From the NCBI GenBank assembly GCA_003222755.1, contig QHXA01000102.1, forward strand, positions 8,254-36,478: DNA of 28,225 nt, given 5' to 3'. The stretch's first letter is position 1. Each line of letters starts with the position of its first letter. This stretch comes from Acidobacteriota bacterium. Lineage in GTDB: Bacteria; Acidobacteriota; Terriglobia; 20CM-2-55-15. Of this stretch, positions 9,487-18,514 are shown piece by piece. The notes below the pieces were generated by a model that worked only from the letters and a program-made list of their open reading frames with translations, ran no database searches and was not told the origin of the DNA. A program made the position numbers and the translations under genes.

Positions 9487-9515
9487 TAGCGGTTTAGAAC
9501 TAGGATTGAGGGACA

Positions 9516-9546
9516 CTGTAGGGGCGGTAATAGACCGCCCCTGCAG
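9516..9546. repeat. GTAG-type REP-like palindrome
   Basis: CTGTAGGGGCGGT-aatag-ACCGCCCCTGCAG: 13-bp arms with one wobble and a GTAG foot; intergenic downstream of rplS. Confidence 0.7.
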
Positions 9547-9579
9547 TTTGCCCCATCCCGAGTTGCCCAATTGATTTTC

Positions 9580-9933
9580 CTATCGCGCCGCGGCTTTGAC
9601 TTCCTTGATCCGAGCGGCTTTGCCACGGAGCGCGCGCATGTAATAGAGCTTTGCGCGCCGAACGCGTCCGGACCGGACGACTTCAATTTTGTCGATCACC
9701 TTCGAATGCAGAGGGAAAATGCGCTCCACGCCATGTCCAAAGGAAATCTTGCGGACTGTGAACGTCGCGCGTACGCCACCGTGCTTTTGAGCGATGCAAA
9801 TGCCTTCAAAAACCTGGATACGTTCCTTATCGCCTTCTTTGATCTTCACGTGGATTTTGATCGTATCGCCGGGTTTGAAATTCGGAATGTCCGTCCGTAG
9901 TTGCTGTTTCTCAACCATATCTAATGCGTTCAT
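9580..9933 (-). CDS. rplS: 50S ribosomal protein L19
   Basis: [43 protein letters not shown]. Confidence 0.99.
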   Translation of the reverse strand: MNALDMVEKQQLRTDIPNFKPGDTIKIHVKIKEGDKERIQVFEGICIAQKHGGVRATFTVRKISFGHGVERIFPLHSKVIDKIEVVRSGRVRRAKLYYMRALRGKAARIKEVKAAAR

Positions 9934-10631
9934 AAGCTCTCCAATCTTGGCAATAAATCCGGCCGATTTCTCTCTGTTTTCTTGAGTGCGGCTTCGTGCC
10001 GCCAGTTACGGACGGCTTCATGATCGCCCGAAATCAGCACTTCAGGCACCCTCCACCCTCGGAAATCCGCAGGCCGCGTATAGTGGGGATGTTCCACCAG
10101 CTGCGTTGCCGCGGCGGGGTCCGAAAATGAATCCCGCAGTATCGACTCCTCTTTACCCACGATTCCAGGAACATATCGAGTCACGGCATCCACCACGACG
10201 AGCGCTGCGATTTCACCGCCCGAGAGAATGAAATCACCAATCGAAATTTCCGCGGTTGCCAGATGCTCGACGACTCGTTCATCGATGCCTTCGTAGCGGC
10301 CACAGACCAGAATAACCTGTTCGGCTTTCGAGAGGCGCAGCGCTTCGGCCTGGTCGAATTTCCGACCAGCTGCGCTGAGCACCACCACCTCGGAATGTTC
10401 ACTCTTCTGAACCGTCTCGACCGCTTTGAAAATCGGTTCAGGTTTGAAAACCATTCCTTCGCCGCCCCCGAACGGCCTGTCGTCAACGGTCCGATGCCGA
10501 TCCGAAGTGAAATCCCTCAAGTCATGGACTCTGATGTCAATGAGTCCCGTCCCCCGGCCGCGCCGGATAATCCCGTAATCAAATGGGCCGCTGAAGAACG
10601 TCGGGAAGATTGTAATGACATCGAATAGCAT
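9930..10631 (-). CDS. trmD: tRNA (guanine37-N1)-methyltransferase
   Basis: [52 protein letters not shown]. Confidence 0.99.
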   Translation of the reverse strand: MLFDVITIFPTFFSGPFDYGIIRRGRGTGLIDIRVHDLRDFTSDRHRTVDDRPFGGGEGMVFKPEPIFKAVETVQKSEHSEVVVLSAAGRKFDQAEALRLSKAEQVILVCGRYEGIDERVVEHLATAEISIGDFILSGGEIAALVVVDAVTRYVPGIVGKEESILRDSFSDPAAATQLVEHPHYTRPADFRGWRVPEVLISGDHEAVRNWRHEAALKKTERNRPDLLPRLESL

Positions 10632-10761
10632 CGTCAGTTCGCGTCGGGCCCACCGTCCGGGTTGCTTGGGTACATCGCTACGCGACCTCCTTACTACCGG
10701 CCGGTTCCCCCACGCCGTCAGTTAGCGTCGGGCCCACCGTCCGGTTGCTTCGGTACATCGC
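10632..10761. repeat. Tandem intergenic repeat element (TTAGCGTCGGG...CCCCACGCC family), locus 1
   Basis: Near-identical 46-47 nt copies at 10632-10678 and 10716-10761. Shares its ends and the internal GGTACA(T/C)CGCT(A/T)CGCG(A/G)CCTCCT block with 14107-14293. Confidence 0.85.
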
Positions 10762-10769
10762 CGTCGCAG

Positions 10770-11309
10770 TCACTTGTTCAAATCCCGCAAGTCTTCCGGC
10801 AGGTCCACTTCGATCTCGCGCTGATCCAGTTCGATCCGTTTCAGGTACTCTTGCGCGAATGGAATGAGCGTTTCTTCGTCCTTTCTATCGACTTTCAAAA
10901 TTTCAGTGCCGCCAGCATCGAGCACATCCGTGACTGTTCCAATGTATTCGCCGTGTGTCGTAACCACGCGGCAACCTTTCAGCTGGAACGTATAAAACCA
11001 ACCCTCTTTGGGGGCAGGCAATGCATCCGCGGGAATCTTGATTTCGCTCCCAATATATTTCTCGGCTTCAGAAATGGAATCAATTCCGCGAAATTTCGCG
11101 ACGCATCGTCCGTGCTGCCTCCGGAAAAATTCAATTTCCGTTTCCGGCTCATAACCTTCTCTTGAGGCGGCGCCCGAAAGTATCACGCGCCGGCCAGGTT
11201 CAAAGATGGAATCGTCTTGGAGAATCTGCTCGATTCGGACTTCGCCTTTCAAACCTTGGGTTTTTATGATCCGGGCTATGGATATAGAGGAGGCTTCTGA
11301 ATGACTGAT
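10770..11309 (-). CDS. rimM: Ribosome maturation factor RimM (start uncertain; first canonical start is TTG 11252)
   Basis: IARIIKTQGLKGEV, FY..QLKG..V, GTVTDVLDAGGTEIL, LIPF; lies between khpA and trmD. The open frame extends to 11315 with no ATG/GTG/TTG, so ATC 11309 is a tentative start. Confidence 0.95.
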   Translation of the reverse strand: MSHSEASSISIARIIKTQGLKGEVRIEQILQDDSIFEPGRRVILSGAASREGYEPETEIEFFRRQHGRCVAKFRGIDSISEAEKYIGSEIKIPADALPAPKEGWFYTFQLKGCRVVTTHGEYIGTVTDVLDAGGTEILKVDRKDEETLIPFAQEYLKRIELDQREIEVDLPEDLRDLNK

Positions 11310-11315
11310 GAAGCG

Positions 11316-11546
11316 TTACTCCAAAATCTCGAGCGTGAACCGTTTTTTCAGCTTCATTCCCGCGGCACTGAGAATGGTTCGAATCGACCGTGCCGTCCGG
11401 CCTTGCTTCCCGATGACCTTACCAAGGTCGCTTTGAGCAACTCTTAGCTCAAGAACCGTTGTTTGTTCTCCTTCGATTGGCCGCACAGACACTTGATCAG
11501 GATTATCCACAAGAGCTTTTGCAATCTGCTCGATGAGCTCCTTCAT
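11316..11546 (-). CDS. khpA: KH-domain RNA-binding protein KhpA (UPF0109)
   Basis: [26 protein letters not shown]; SD GGAGGT before ATG 11546. Confidence 0.96.
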   Translation of the reverse strand: MKELIEQIAKALVDNPDQVSVRPIEGEQTTVLELRVAQSDLGKVIGKQGRTARSIRTILSAAGMKLKKRFTLEILE

Positions 11547-11639
11547 GGCTACCTCCATATCGCATCATGCTTTTGAGCTGAATATCGTCGGCTATAAACA
11601 GTATTAATCCGCGGCGGAGGACCGGGAAGAGCTTTTACA

Positions 11640-11882
11640 CTACTTTACAAGTTCTTTTTTCCGAAGAATGCTCCGCACCGTGTCCGACGGCGCAGCACCT
11701 TTCGACAGCCAATATTGCGCACGCTCTGCATTGATCTCCAACTGAGCCGGATTAGCAAGTGGGTTGTATTGTCCGAGCACCTCCAAAAAGCGCCCATTTC
11801 GCGCGCGGCGCTTATCCATGACAACAATCCGGTAATAGGGCCGTTTCTTCGACCCGATCCGGGACAAACGCATTGTTACCAA
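11640..11882 (-). CDS. rpsP: 30S ribosomal protein S16
   Basis: RLSRIGSKKRPYYRIVV, G.YNP, WLSKGAAPSDTV; TTG start after GAGGAGG. Confidence 0.99.
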   Translation of the reverse strand: MVTMRLSRIGSKKRPYYRIVVMDKRRARNGRFLEVLGQYNPLANPAQLEINAERAQYWLSKGAAPSDTVRSILRKKELVK

Positions 11883-11913
11883 ACAACCTCCTCGATGTGT
11901 AAAAAACCCAAAA

Positions 11914-11919
11914 AGTATA
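11914..11919 (-). promoter_or_regulatory. Candidate internal -10 (TATACT) for rpsP just after the ffh stop
   Basis: Minus strand reads TAAgcTATACTtttt, about 30 nt upstream of the rpsP start. Confidence 0.35.
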
Positions 11920-11921
11920 GC

Positions 11922-13265
11922 TTAAAACGGCATTTCCGGCAGCTTCATTCCCTTGAGTCGCTTGCCGAAAAACGAATTCTTCATGCCTTTCATCATTTTT
12001 CGGGTCTGCGCGTATTGCTTCAGAAGCTGGTTCACTTGCTGGACGCTGGTCCCGCTTCCCTTCGCGATGCGTTTACGCCGGCTGCCGTTAATGAGCTGGT
12101 GATTCCGCCGCTCCTTCGGCGTCATGGAGTTGATAATCGCCTCCACACGCACCAGTTCCTTTTCATCAACCTTTACTTTTTGCAGGTCTTTGAACGGACC
12201 GATGCTGGGAAGCATCGCAAGAATCTGGTCGAGCGCGCCCATTTTGCGGATCTGTTTCAGCTGGTCGCGGAAGTCGTCCAGCGTGAAATTGTCCGACAGC
12301 ATTTTCTCCTGAAGCTCGGCGGCTTTCTTCTTATCGACAACTTCCTCGGCCTTTTCAATGAGCGATAGAATGTCGCCCATTCCCATGATCCGCGACACCA
12401 ACCGATCCGGGTGAAACAGCTCGAGGGCCTCGTACTTCTCACCTGTACCAACAAACTTTACGGGCTGGCCCGTAACCTGCTTGATCGATAGCGCCGCACC
12501 GCCACGCGCGTCGCCGTCCATTTTGGTGAGAATAAATCCGTTGAACCCGAGCTTCTGGTGGAATTCCTGCGCGCTCTTCACCGCGTCCTGACCGAGCATG
12601 GCATCGGCAACGAACAAAATTTCATTAGGATGGATGTTGTCTTTGATCTCGCGGAGCTCGTTCATAAGTGCTTCATCGATGTGAAGGCGGCCGGCCGTGT
12701 CGATAACGACCACATCGTGGGCGGTGTTCCGCGCTTCGCGGGCGGCATCCTGGCAAAGCTGCAAGGGCTTGTCGTCCGCATGGCCTTCCCAGATGTTCAC
12801 TCCGACATCTTTTGCGATTACCTTCAACTGATCGCGGGCCGCGGGACGGTACACGTCTACGGACACGAGCATTGGCCGGTGGCCGCCTTTTTGCAGCCAC
12901 TTCGCGACCTTTCCGGAAGTCGTTGTCTTACCGGAACCTTGCAGGCCGACCAGCATGATGACCGTCGGCGGCTGGGCCGCGAAATTTAGCCGAACGTTTG
13001 TGCCGCCGAGCATTTCGATAAGTTCATCGCGGACGATCTTCACGACCTGCTGTCCAGGACTCAAGCTCTGCATGACTTCCTGGCCAAGAGCTTTCGATCG
13101 GACTGCGTCCGTGAACTGCTTTACGACCTTAAAGTTCACGTCTGCTTCAAGCAGCGCCACGCGGATCTCTCTCAGCGCCTCATCGAGGTGCTGTTCGCTC
13201 AGCTTCCCCTCTCCTCGGAGGTTCTTAAAAACGCGTTGTAGCTTTTCGGATAACGTTTCAAACAT
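11922..13265 (-). CDS. ffh: Signal recognition particle protein
   Basis: LLEADVN, GLQGSGKTTT, DVYRPAA, DTAGRL, TKMDGDARGG, FHPDR, GMGD, Met-rich M domain. Confidence 0.99.
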   Translation of the reverse strand: MFETLSEKLQRVFKNLRGEGKLSEQHLDEALREIRVALLEADVNFKVVKQFTDAVRSKALGQEVMQSLSPGQQVVKIVRDELIEMLGGTNVRLNFAAQPPTVIMLVGLQGSGKTTTSGKVAKWLQKGGHRPMLVSVDVYRPAARDQLKVIAKDVGVNIWEGHADDKPLQLCQDAAREARNTAHDVVVIDTAGRLHIDEALMNELREIKDNIHPNEILFVADAMLGQDAVKSAQEFHQKLGFNGFILTKMDGDARGGAALSIKQVTGQPVKFVGTGEKYEALELFHPDRLVSRIMGMGDILSLIEKAEEVVDKKKAAELQEKMLSDNFTLDDFRDQLKQIRKMGALDQILAMLPSIGPFKDLQKVKVDEKELVRVEAIINSMTPKERRNHQLINGSRRKRIAKGSGTSVQQVNQLLKQYAQTRKMMKGMKNSFFGKRLKGMKLPEMPF

Positions 13266-13273
13266 ATCTGTCT

Positions 13274-13279
13274 AGTATA
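13274..13279 (-). promoter_or_regulatory. -10 TATACT for ffh, 8 nt upstream of ATG (leaderless geometry)
   Basis: Minus strand reads gacTATACTagacagatATG; no SD. Confidence 0.5.
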
Positions 13280-13281
13280 GT

Positions 13282-13330
13282 CTGTAGCGCGGTCTACGAC
13301 CGCCCTGGCACCTATAGAGCGCTCCCACAG
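13282..13330. repeat. Degenerate inverted pair of GTAG-type REP-like units
   Basis: CTGTAGCGCGGTC-tac-GACCGCCCT (13282-13306) plus an inverted, decayed CTGTGGGAGCGCTCTATAGGTGCC; resembles 9516-9546. Confidence 0.55.
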
Positions 13331-14107
13331 TTACTCTCTGCGGATTCTCTGGATTCGGGTTGCCTTTCCTGTTGCCGAATCTACTTCAACAAACACGCCA
13401 TTGAGCTGTGCGTTTTGTGAGGCCGCTTCGAACTTATCAGGGATAGATGTGAGGAACCGACGGATGACATGTTCCTTCACGACACCGATAACCGAATGAA
13501 ATGGCCCCGCCATTCCGACATCGGTTTGGAACGCTGTGCCACCGGGAAGAATCGTCTCATCGGCCGTGGGTATGTGGGTATGTGTACCAACAACAGCAGA
13601 CACGCGGCCGGCTAGATACCAACCCATCGCGACCTTCTCGGATGTTGCCTCAGCGTGCATGTCCACGAAAATCACTTTGATATGATTGGGCAGCTTCGCC
13701 AGCTCGGCGTCTGCAACTCGAAACGGATCATCCGTCGGCGGCATGAACACGCGGCCTTGAAGATTCAGCACGGCAGCTTCTCCACCCGATCTCGTTTTCA
13801 CAATAGCGAGTCCCCGACCCGGGTTGCCCGCGGGATAATTCGCCGGCCTCAAGATTCTTGTGTTCTTGTCCAGATACCGCATGATCTCCTTCTTATCCCA
13901 AATGTGATTGCCCGACGTGAGCACATCGATGCCCCAATCAAAAAGCTCATCCGCGATTTTGGGCGTCACGCCGAAGCCCGCCGCGGCATTCTCGCAATTG
14001 AGAATCGTGAGGTCGACATCCAATTCTTCTTGCAGATACTTGAGGTACTGACGAACGATGGCGAGGCCGGACTTACCGACCGTATCGCCGATGAAGAGGA
14101 TCTTCAT
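13331..14107 (-). CDS. ymdB: YmdB-like metallophosphoesterase (TIGR00282 family)
   Basis: LFIGDTVG, NCENAAAGFG, TSGNHIWD, RPANYP, NLQGRVFM, DMHAEATSEK, GTHTHIPTAD, TDVGMAGP. Confidence 0.96.
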   Translation of the reverse strand: MKILFIGDTVGKSGLAIVRQYLKYLQEELDVDLTILNCENAAAGFGVTPKIADELFDWGIDVLTSGNHIWDKKEIMRYLDKNTRILRPANYPAGNPGRGLAIVKTRSGGEAAVLNLQGRVFMPPTDDPFRVADAELAKLPNHIKVIFVDMHAEATSEKVAMGWYLAGRVSAVVGTHTHIPTADETILPGGTAFQTDVGMAGPFHSVIGVVKEHVIRRFLTSIPDKFEAASQNAQLNGVFVEVDSATGKATRIQRIRRE

Positions 14108-14293
14108 TTACTTAGCGTCGGGGCTTCAGTGTCGGCTGCGCCCTACCAGGCTTGCGCTTCGCGCGGCCGGCCCATTTCGGTACACCGCTTCGCGGCCTCC
14201 TGGACTGGGCATTGGCCGGTCCCCCCACGCCTTTTACTTAGCATCGGGGCTTCTGTCTTGCCTGCGCCCCAGCGGGCTTGCGCTTCGCGCGGC
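14107..14293. repeat. Tandem intergenic repeat element (TTAGCGTCGGG...CCCCACGCC family), locus 2
   Basis: 61-nt copies at 14107-14167 and 14233-14293; complete element at 14112-14231. Confidence 0.85.
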
Positions 14294-14310
14294 ATGCGGA
14301 AAGAAGAAAA

Positions 14311-14490
14311 CCCCACAGCAGGCGTGTGGCATCACTTATTTGAACCTGTTTATACAGGTGGGCATCCTATCCGCGCTTTAGGGGACCTAGGGACCCAGAG
14401 GGTAAGGCCCACACACCACGCGTCAATCGGACTCCCTAACAAATAAGCGTTGGTTCAAATTGTGTTGACGCCATCACGCTCTCCGCAGGG
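14311..14490 (-). ncRNA. ssrS: 6S RNA
   Basis: About 180 nt directly downstream of zapA. Long closing stem: cctgcgg/ctgtggg, gcgtg/cacgc, tggcgtca/tgatgcca, atttgaacc/ggttcaaat. Has its own extended -10. Confidence 0.88.
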
Positions 14491-14497
14491 CCATTCG

Positions 14498-14506
14498 ATC
14501 ATAGCA
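14498..14506 (-). promoter_or_regulatory. Extended -10 TGcTATGAT for 6S RNA
   Basis: 7 nt upstream of the predicted 5' end at 14490. Confidence 0.65.
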
Positions 14507-14517
14507 TGTTGGACGAC

Positions 14518-14799
14518 TTATTTTTTCAATACTTGCTCCAGAGCGCGAGACCACTGATCGGTCTTTTGTTCGCAGTTGCGTTGGAGTTCGTCATACTCCT
14601 GTGCCAAGTGGAGGGCCGTGAGAACGGCGATCTTGAGGGAGTCGGCGGTGTTGGATTGAGCAGCGATGTCTCTCATGCGCGCATCGACTTGTTCCGCGAG
14701 CTTCCGAACATCCGATTCAGGGATGGAACTCTTCAAAACGATCGAGTATTTCTGATCATAGATTTCGACATCGACCGTTCGCGGTCGCGACTTAGACAA
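14518..14799 (-). CDS. zapA: Cell division protein ZapA
   Basis: VDVEIYDQKY, LAEQVDARMRDI, KIAVLTALHLA; TTG start after GAGGAG. Confidence 0.92.
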   Translation of the reverse strand: MSKSRPRTVDVEIYDQKYSIVLKSSIPESDVRKLAEQVDARMRDIAAQSNTADSLKIAVLTALHLAQEYDELQRNCEQKTDQWSRALEQVLKK

Positions 14800-15034
14800 C
14801 GGTCTCCTCAGTGAATTCCGATAGAGTTTCGAGCAAGGATTCGATCTTATTTTTCACCAAATCGCGTTCGTGGCTCAACTGATCGACCTCCTTTTCGAGG
14901 CGCGCAATCGTTTTGCGAGCCACATCCAGCTCCATTTCCGCGCGGTCTCTCTCCTGGCGGGTTGTTTTGACGAGTTCAATCGTTCGAAGGATGCGGGTTT
15001 CAAGTTCTGCAAATTTATCGGAAGCAAAGGTCAT
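14792..15034 (-). CDS. zapB: ZapB-like coiled-coil cell division protein
   Basis: 80-aa heptad coiled coil (FAELETRILRTIELV...ERDLVKNKIESLL) between pheT and zapA. Confidence 0.75.
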   Translation of the reverse strand: MTFASDKFAELETRILRTIELVKTTRQERDRAEMELDVARKTIARLEKEVDQLSHERDLVKNKIESLLETLSEFTEETVV

Positions 15035-15036
15035 AT

Positions 15037-17025
15037 TTATTGCCTTAACTCAGCGCCTAAACGCTGTTTTAACGTATTCAAAATAGCGTGATCGAAATTC
15101 TCAACTTCATCATCAGTAAGCGTACGCTGGGGGGACTGGTACATGAGCGAAATTGCTAAAGAATATTTCGATTCAGCAAATGGTCTAGTTTCCAGCCGGT
15201 CGAAAGGCTCAATCCGCACCAGTTCTGGAATGTTCAAGCCCCGGATAGCTAGTTCCACATCGCGATACCGCGTGCCCTTGCTCAGGAGCAAAGAGAAGTC
15301 ACGGCGGATTGCAGGGAACTTCGGAATTTGCTTTATCACACGCGGTTCCTTCGATTCCAACATAATCTCGACGTCAATTTCCGCAATGTAAACGCGATTC
15401 CGGAATTTGTACTCCGCGGCATAGTCGGGATGCAATTCACCAAAAACCACCAGATCCCCTTTTCGCACCGCGCGACCCGAGTGGTAGTACGCGGGAATCG
15501 TATCGTCACTCGAGTTGAGCTCAATGTTGAACGTGTCGAGGACATCTTCGACATCGCCTTTCATATCGAAAAAATTGAACTCACGTTCCGATTCATATAC
15601 AGATTTCCGGCGGAGCGCTCCCGTGGCGGCGAGAATCAGTGAGCGTCGTTCGCCATCTTGCGCGTAAGTTTTCCCGAGCTCATAAAATTGCAGGTCGCGA
15701 ACCCCGTGGTTGAGATTCCATTCGAGGGTGCGCAGCATGCTTGGCAGTTGCGAAGTGCGAAGGATCGCTTCATCCTCGGCCATCGGATTGAGCAGCCGGA
15801 CGGGCTCGGTGTCCGGCCTGAACTTTCGCTCGATCGATAGATCGCTGAATACGATCGGAATGACCTCGGAGTACCCGCTGCTGGCGAGCCGATCTCTCAG
15901 GAGGCGTTCCCCAGATTCGAATGGCAGTCCGGATCCATGTCCGGCCCATTTCGGCAATGTTGCAGGAAACTTGTCGAAACCGTAATGTCGCGCGACCTCT
16001 TCGAGTAAGTCCTCCTCTCGAACGATGTCCTGTCGATGGCTGGGAACTTCGATCGCCCACCCTTGATGCGCATGACTCACTTTGAAGGCGAGCCGGTCGA
16101 AGATGCGCTCCACCGTCGTATCGTCAACAGCAGCACCAAGAAAAGCCGCGATTCGAGTCCGACGTAACATTACGGTTACGGGCTTTCGCGGTCTTGGATA
16201 AACGTCGATCAATTCGCGATAGATAGTTCCGCCGGCGACGTGCTGAATGAGCGCAGCCGCGCGATCGCACGCATAGCGCGCCATTTCGACGTCTGCTCCG
16301 CGTTCAAATCGATAAGACGCTTCGCTCGAGAGACCGAGCATGCGGGAAGTCTTTCGTATAGAAAGCGGATCGAAATTTGCGCTTTCAAGAAGCACGTTGC
16401 TCGTGGACGGCGATATCTCAGTCTCGGCGCCTCCCATTAATCCCGCGACAGCCACCGCGCGGCGCGCATCGGCGATAACGAGTATTGAAGGGTTCAACTC
16501 ACGTTCAACCCCATCCAGCGTCGTGATCTTTTCATCCAATTCTGCGCGGCGGACGATGATCTGTTGTCCTTGAAGCGTGTCCGCGTCGAACGCGTGCAGA
16601 GGTTGGCCGAGTTCGAGCATCACGTAGTTGGTGATGTCCGCCACGTTATTAATGGAGCGAACACCGAGAGCCTCTAGACGCGCCTTCAACGATTCAGGCG
16701 ATGGTCCAATCTTCACTCCAGCGATGTAACGCCCACAGTAACGGGCGCAGAGATCGGGATCTGCAATGGAGATCGAGAAAGCCTCGGCGGCGGGTTTCCC
16801 GCCTTCAAGCTCCATCCCGTAAGCCGCGGCAGCCTCGCGTGCGATACCCAAGTGACTGAGACAGTCGGGGCGGTTTGTTGCGACATCCAATTCAAATAGC
16901 CAGTCATCTAAATGCGAGTCGAGCGCATCGACGGCGAGTCCCAGGTTGGTGAAGCGCGTCCCAAGTTGCTGGGGTGTTTCAATAATGTCGACGAATTCCT
17001 TGAGCCAGTTGTAGCTGACCTTCAT
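15037..17025 (-). CDS. pheT: Phenylalanine--tRNA ligase beta subunit, short form (no B2 domain)
   Basis: MKVSYNWL, NRPDCLSHLGIARE, NNVADITNYVMLE.GQPLHAFD, SYRFERG, LLEEVARHYG, LRTS, FP.IRRDFS. Confidence 0.98.
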   Translation of the reverse strand: MKVSYNWLKEFVDIIETPQQLGTRFTNLGLAVDALDSHLDDWLFELDVATNRPDCLSHLGIAREAAAAYGMELEGGKPAAEAFSISIADPDLCARYCGRYIAGVKIGPSPESLKARLEALGVRSINNVADITNYVMLELGQPLHAFDADTLQGQQIIVRRAELDEKITTLDGVERELNPSILVIADARRAVAVAGLMGGAETEISPSTSNVLLESANFDPLSIRKTSRMLGLSSEASYRFERGADVEMARYACDRAAALIQHVAGGTIYRELIDVYPRPRKPVTVMLRRTRIAAFLGAAVDDTTVERIFDRLAFKVSHAHQGWAIEVPSHRQDIVREEDLLEEVARHYGFDKFPATLPKWAGHGSGLPFESGERLLRDRLASSGYSEVIPIVFSDLSIERKFRPDTEPVRLLNPMAEDEAILRTSQLPSMLRTLEWNLNHGVRDLQFYELGKTYAQDGERRSLILAATGALRRKSVYESEREFNFFDMKGDVEDVLDTFNIELNSSDDTIPAYYHSGRAVRKGDLVVFGELHPDYAAEYKFRNRVYIAEIDVEIMLESKEPRVIKQIPKFPAIRRDFSLLLSKGTRYRDVELAIRGLNIPELVRIEPFDRLETRPFAESKYSLAISLMYQSPQRTLTDDEVENFDHAILNTLKQRLGAELRQ

Positions 17026-18062
17026 GAGAACTGCTCCAGAAATCGTAGATCGTTCTGAAAGAACAACTGAATTTCATTGATGTTGTATTTCAACAGCGTG
17101 TAACGATCGATACCGCCGCCGAATGCAAAGCCTGTGTATTTTTCTGGGTCATAATTGACAAACCCGTACAGGTTCGGATGCACCATACCGGCGCCCATCA
17201 CTTCGACCCACCCGGTTCCTTTACAGACGCGGCATCCCGAGCCATCGCAGAAAACGCACGAGACATCCACTTCGGCGCCGGGCTCCACGAATGGAAAGAA
17301 ACTCGGACGCAGGCGGGTCTTTGTCTTCTCACTAAAGAACTCTTTGTGGAATCGCTCCAGAGTCCCCTTCAGATCGGCGAACGTGACCCCCTCATCGACC
17401 AATAAGCACTCGACTTGATGGAACATCGGGGAGTGCGTCGGATCCAAGGCGTCGCGCCGAAACACGCGGCCAGGGCAGATGATGCGTACTGGCGGTTGCA
17501 TCTTTTCCATGGTTCGAACTTGCACCGGCGACGTGTGCGTTCTGAGGATGAGATTGTCGGCCACATAGAAGGTGTCTCGAGGATCTCGCGCTGGATGGCC
17601 GGCCGGGAAATTTAGCGCCTCGAAATTGTAATAGGTACTCTCGACTTCCGGACCGTCTTCAACCGTGTAGCCCATCGAGATGAAGATGTCTTCGATTTCC
17701 TTGCGAATGATTGTCAGTGGATGACGATGGCCGGTACGCCGGCGATTGCCCGGCAGCGTAACGTCCAGCGCTTCGCGTTCTAAAGTCTTCTGCTTTTCGC
17801 GGCGATCAATTGAGGTCTGAAGCGTTTCCAGGGCGCCTTCAATCTTTAACTTGATCTGATTAGCAACACGGCCGAATTCGGCGCGCTGTTCTTTAGGAAG
17901 TTTGCCGAGGTTTTGGAGTTCGATTGTTAAAAGGCCGGACTTGCGAGAGAGGTATCGAGCACGAGTGTCTTCTAGTGATCTGTGATCGACAATAGAAACA
18001 CACTCCGACTCGAACTGTTGTTCGAGGGCTCGAAGCCTGCCGATCCCGTCACTAGAAGACAT
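17022..18062 (-). CDS. pheS: Phenylalanine--tRNA ligase alpha subunit
   Basis: GHRHP, YNFEALNFP..HPARD, LRTHTSPVQ, FHQVE, FPFVEPGAEVD, GMVHP, GFAFG. Confidence 0.99.
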   Translation of the reverse strand: MSSSDGIGRLRALEQQFESECVSIVDHRSLEDTRARYLSRKSGLLTIELQNLGKLPKEQRAEFGRVANQIKLKIEGALETLQTSIDRREKQKTLEREALDVTLPGNRRRTGHRHPLTIIRKEIEDIFISMGYTVEDGPEVESTYYNFEALNFPAGHPARDPRDTFYVADNLILRTHTSPVQVRTMEKMQPPVRIICPGRVFRRDALDPTHSPMFHQVECLLVDEGVTFADLKGTLERFHKEFFSEKTKTRLRPSFFPFVEPGAEVDVSCVFCDGSGCRVCKGTGWVEVMGAGMVHPNLYGFVNYDPEKYTGFAFGGGIDRYTLLKYNINEIQLFFQNDLRFLEQFS

Positions 18063-18131
18063 CCGGTAAATCCCATTTTGGTGTACCAGCCGTGGCTTGC
18101 GCTCAACGCATCCGTCTTGATGCTGAAAAGC

Positions 18132-18497
18132 TTAGCTTGCTTTCGGAATAGCGCCTTTGGCTGTTTCTGTCAGGCGGGTGAAGGCAGCAGGGTCCTGCAC
18201 AGCCACGTCCGCTAACACTTTGCGATCCATTTCGATGCCGGCCTGCTTTAGTCCAAACATGAATTGGCTATAGCTCAGACCATTCATGCGGGCCGCCGCG
18301 CCAATGCGCACGATCCAGAGCCGGCGGAAGTCACGCTTGCGCACCTTCCGGTCGCGGTAGGCGTAACCCAGTGCCTTTTCCACCGATTCTTTTGCGAATT
18401 TGTATAGCTTGCTCTTGTTGAGGTAATAACCCTTTGCAAGACTGAGAAGTTTTTTACGGCGATTGTGCCGTTTCGTTCCACGTTTAACTCGAGGCAC
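18132..18497 (-). CDS. rplT: 50S ribosomal protein L20
   Basis: [39 protein letters not shown]; SD AAGGAG. Confidence 0.99.
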   Translation of the reverse strand: MPRVKRGTKRHNRRKKLLSLAKGYYLNKSKLYKFAKESVEKALGYAYRDRKVRKRDFRRLWIVRIGAAARMNGLSYSQFMFGLKQAGIEMDRKVLADVAVQDPAAFTRLTETAKGAIPKAS

Positions 18498-18514
18498 TTT
18501 GGAGCTCCTTTATA

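Noticed and set aside
10662-11165. 167-aa plus-strand ORF
   Set aside because: Antisense to rimM, and its start is made of repeat sequence.
11715-12368. 217-aa plus-strand ORF
   Set aside because: Antisense shadow of rpsP/ffh with no recognisable motifs.
10632-14293. CRISPR interpretation of the tandem repeats
   Set aside because: Only two imperfect copies per locus, with periods of 84 and 126 bp. The intervening sequences are related to each other, and there are no cas genes.
13655-14446. 263-aa plus-strand ORF
   Set aside because: Antisense to ymdB, the repeat and 6S RNA; no motifs.
18063-18131. pheM attenuator or T-box before pheS
   Set aside because: The 69-bp gap has only a 5-bp hairpin and no Phe-rich leader.
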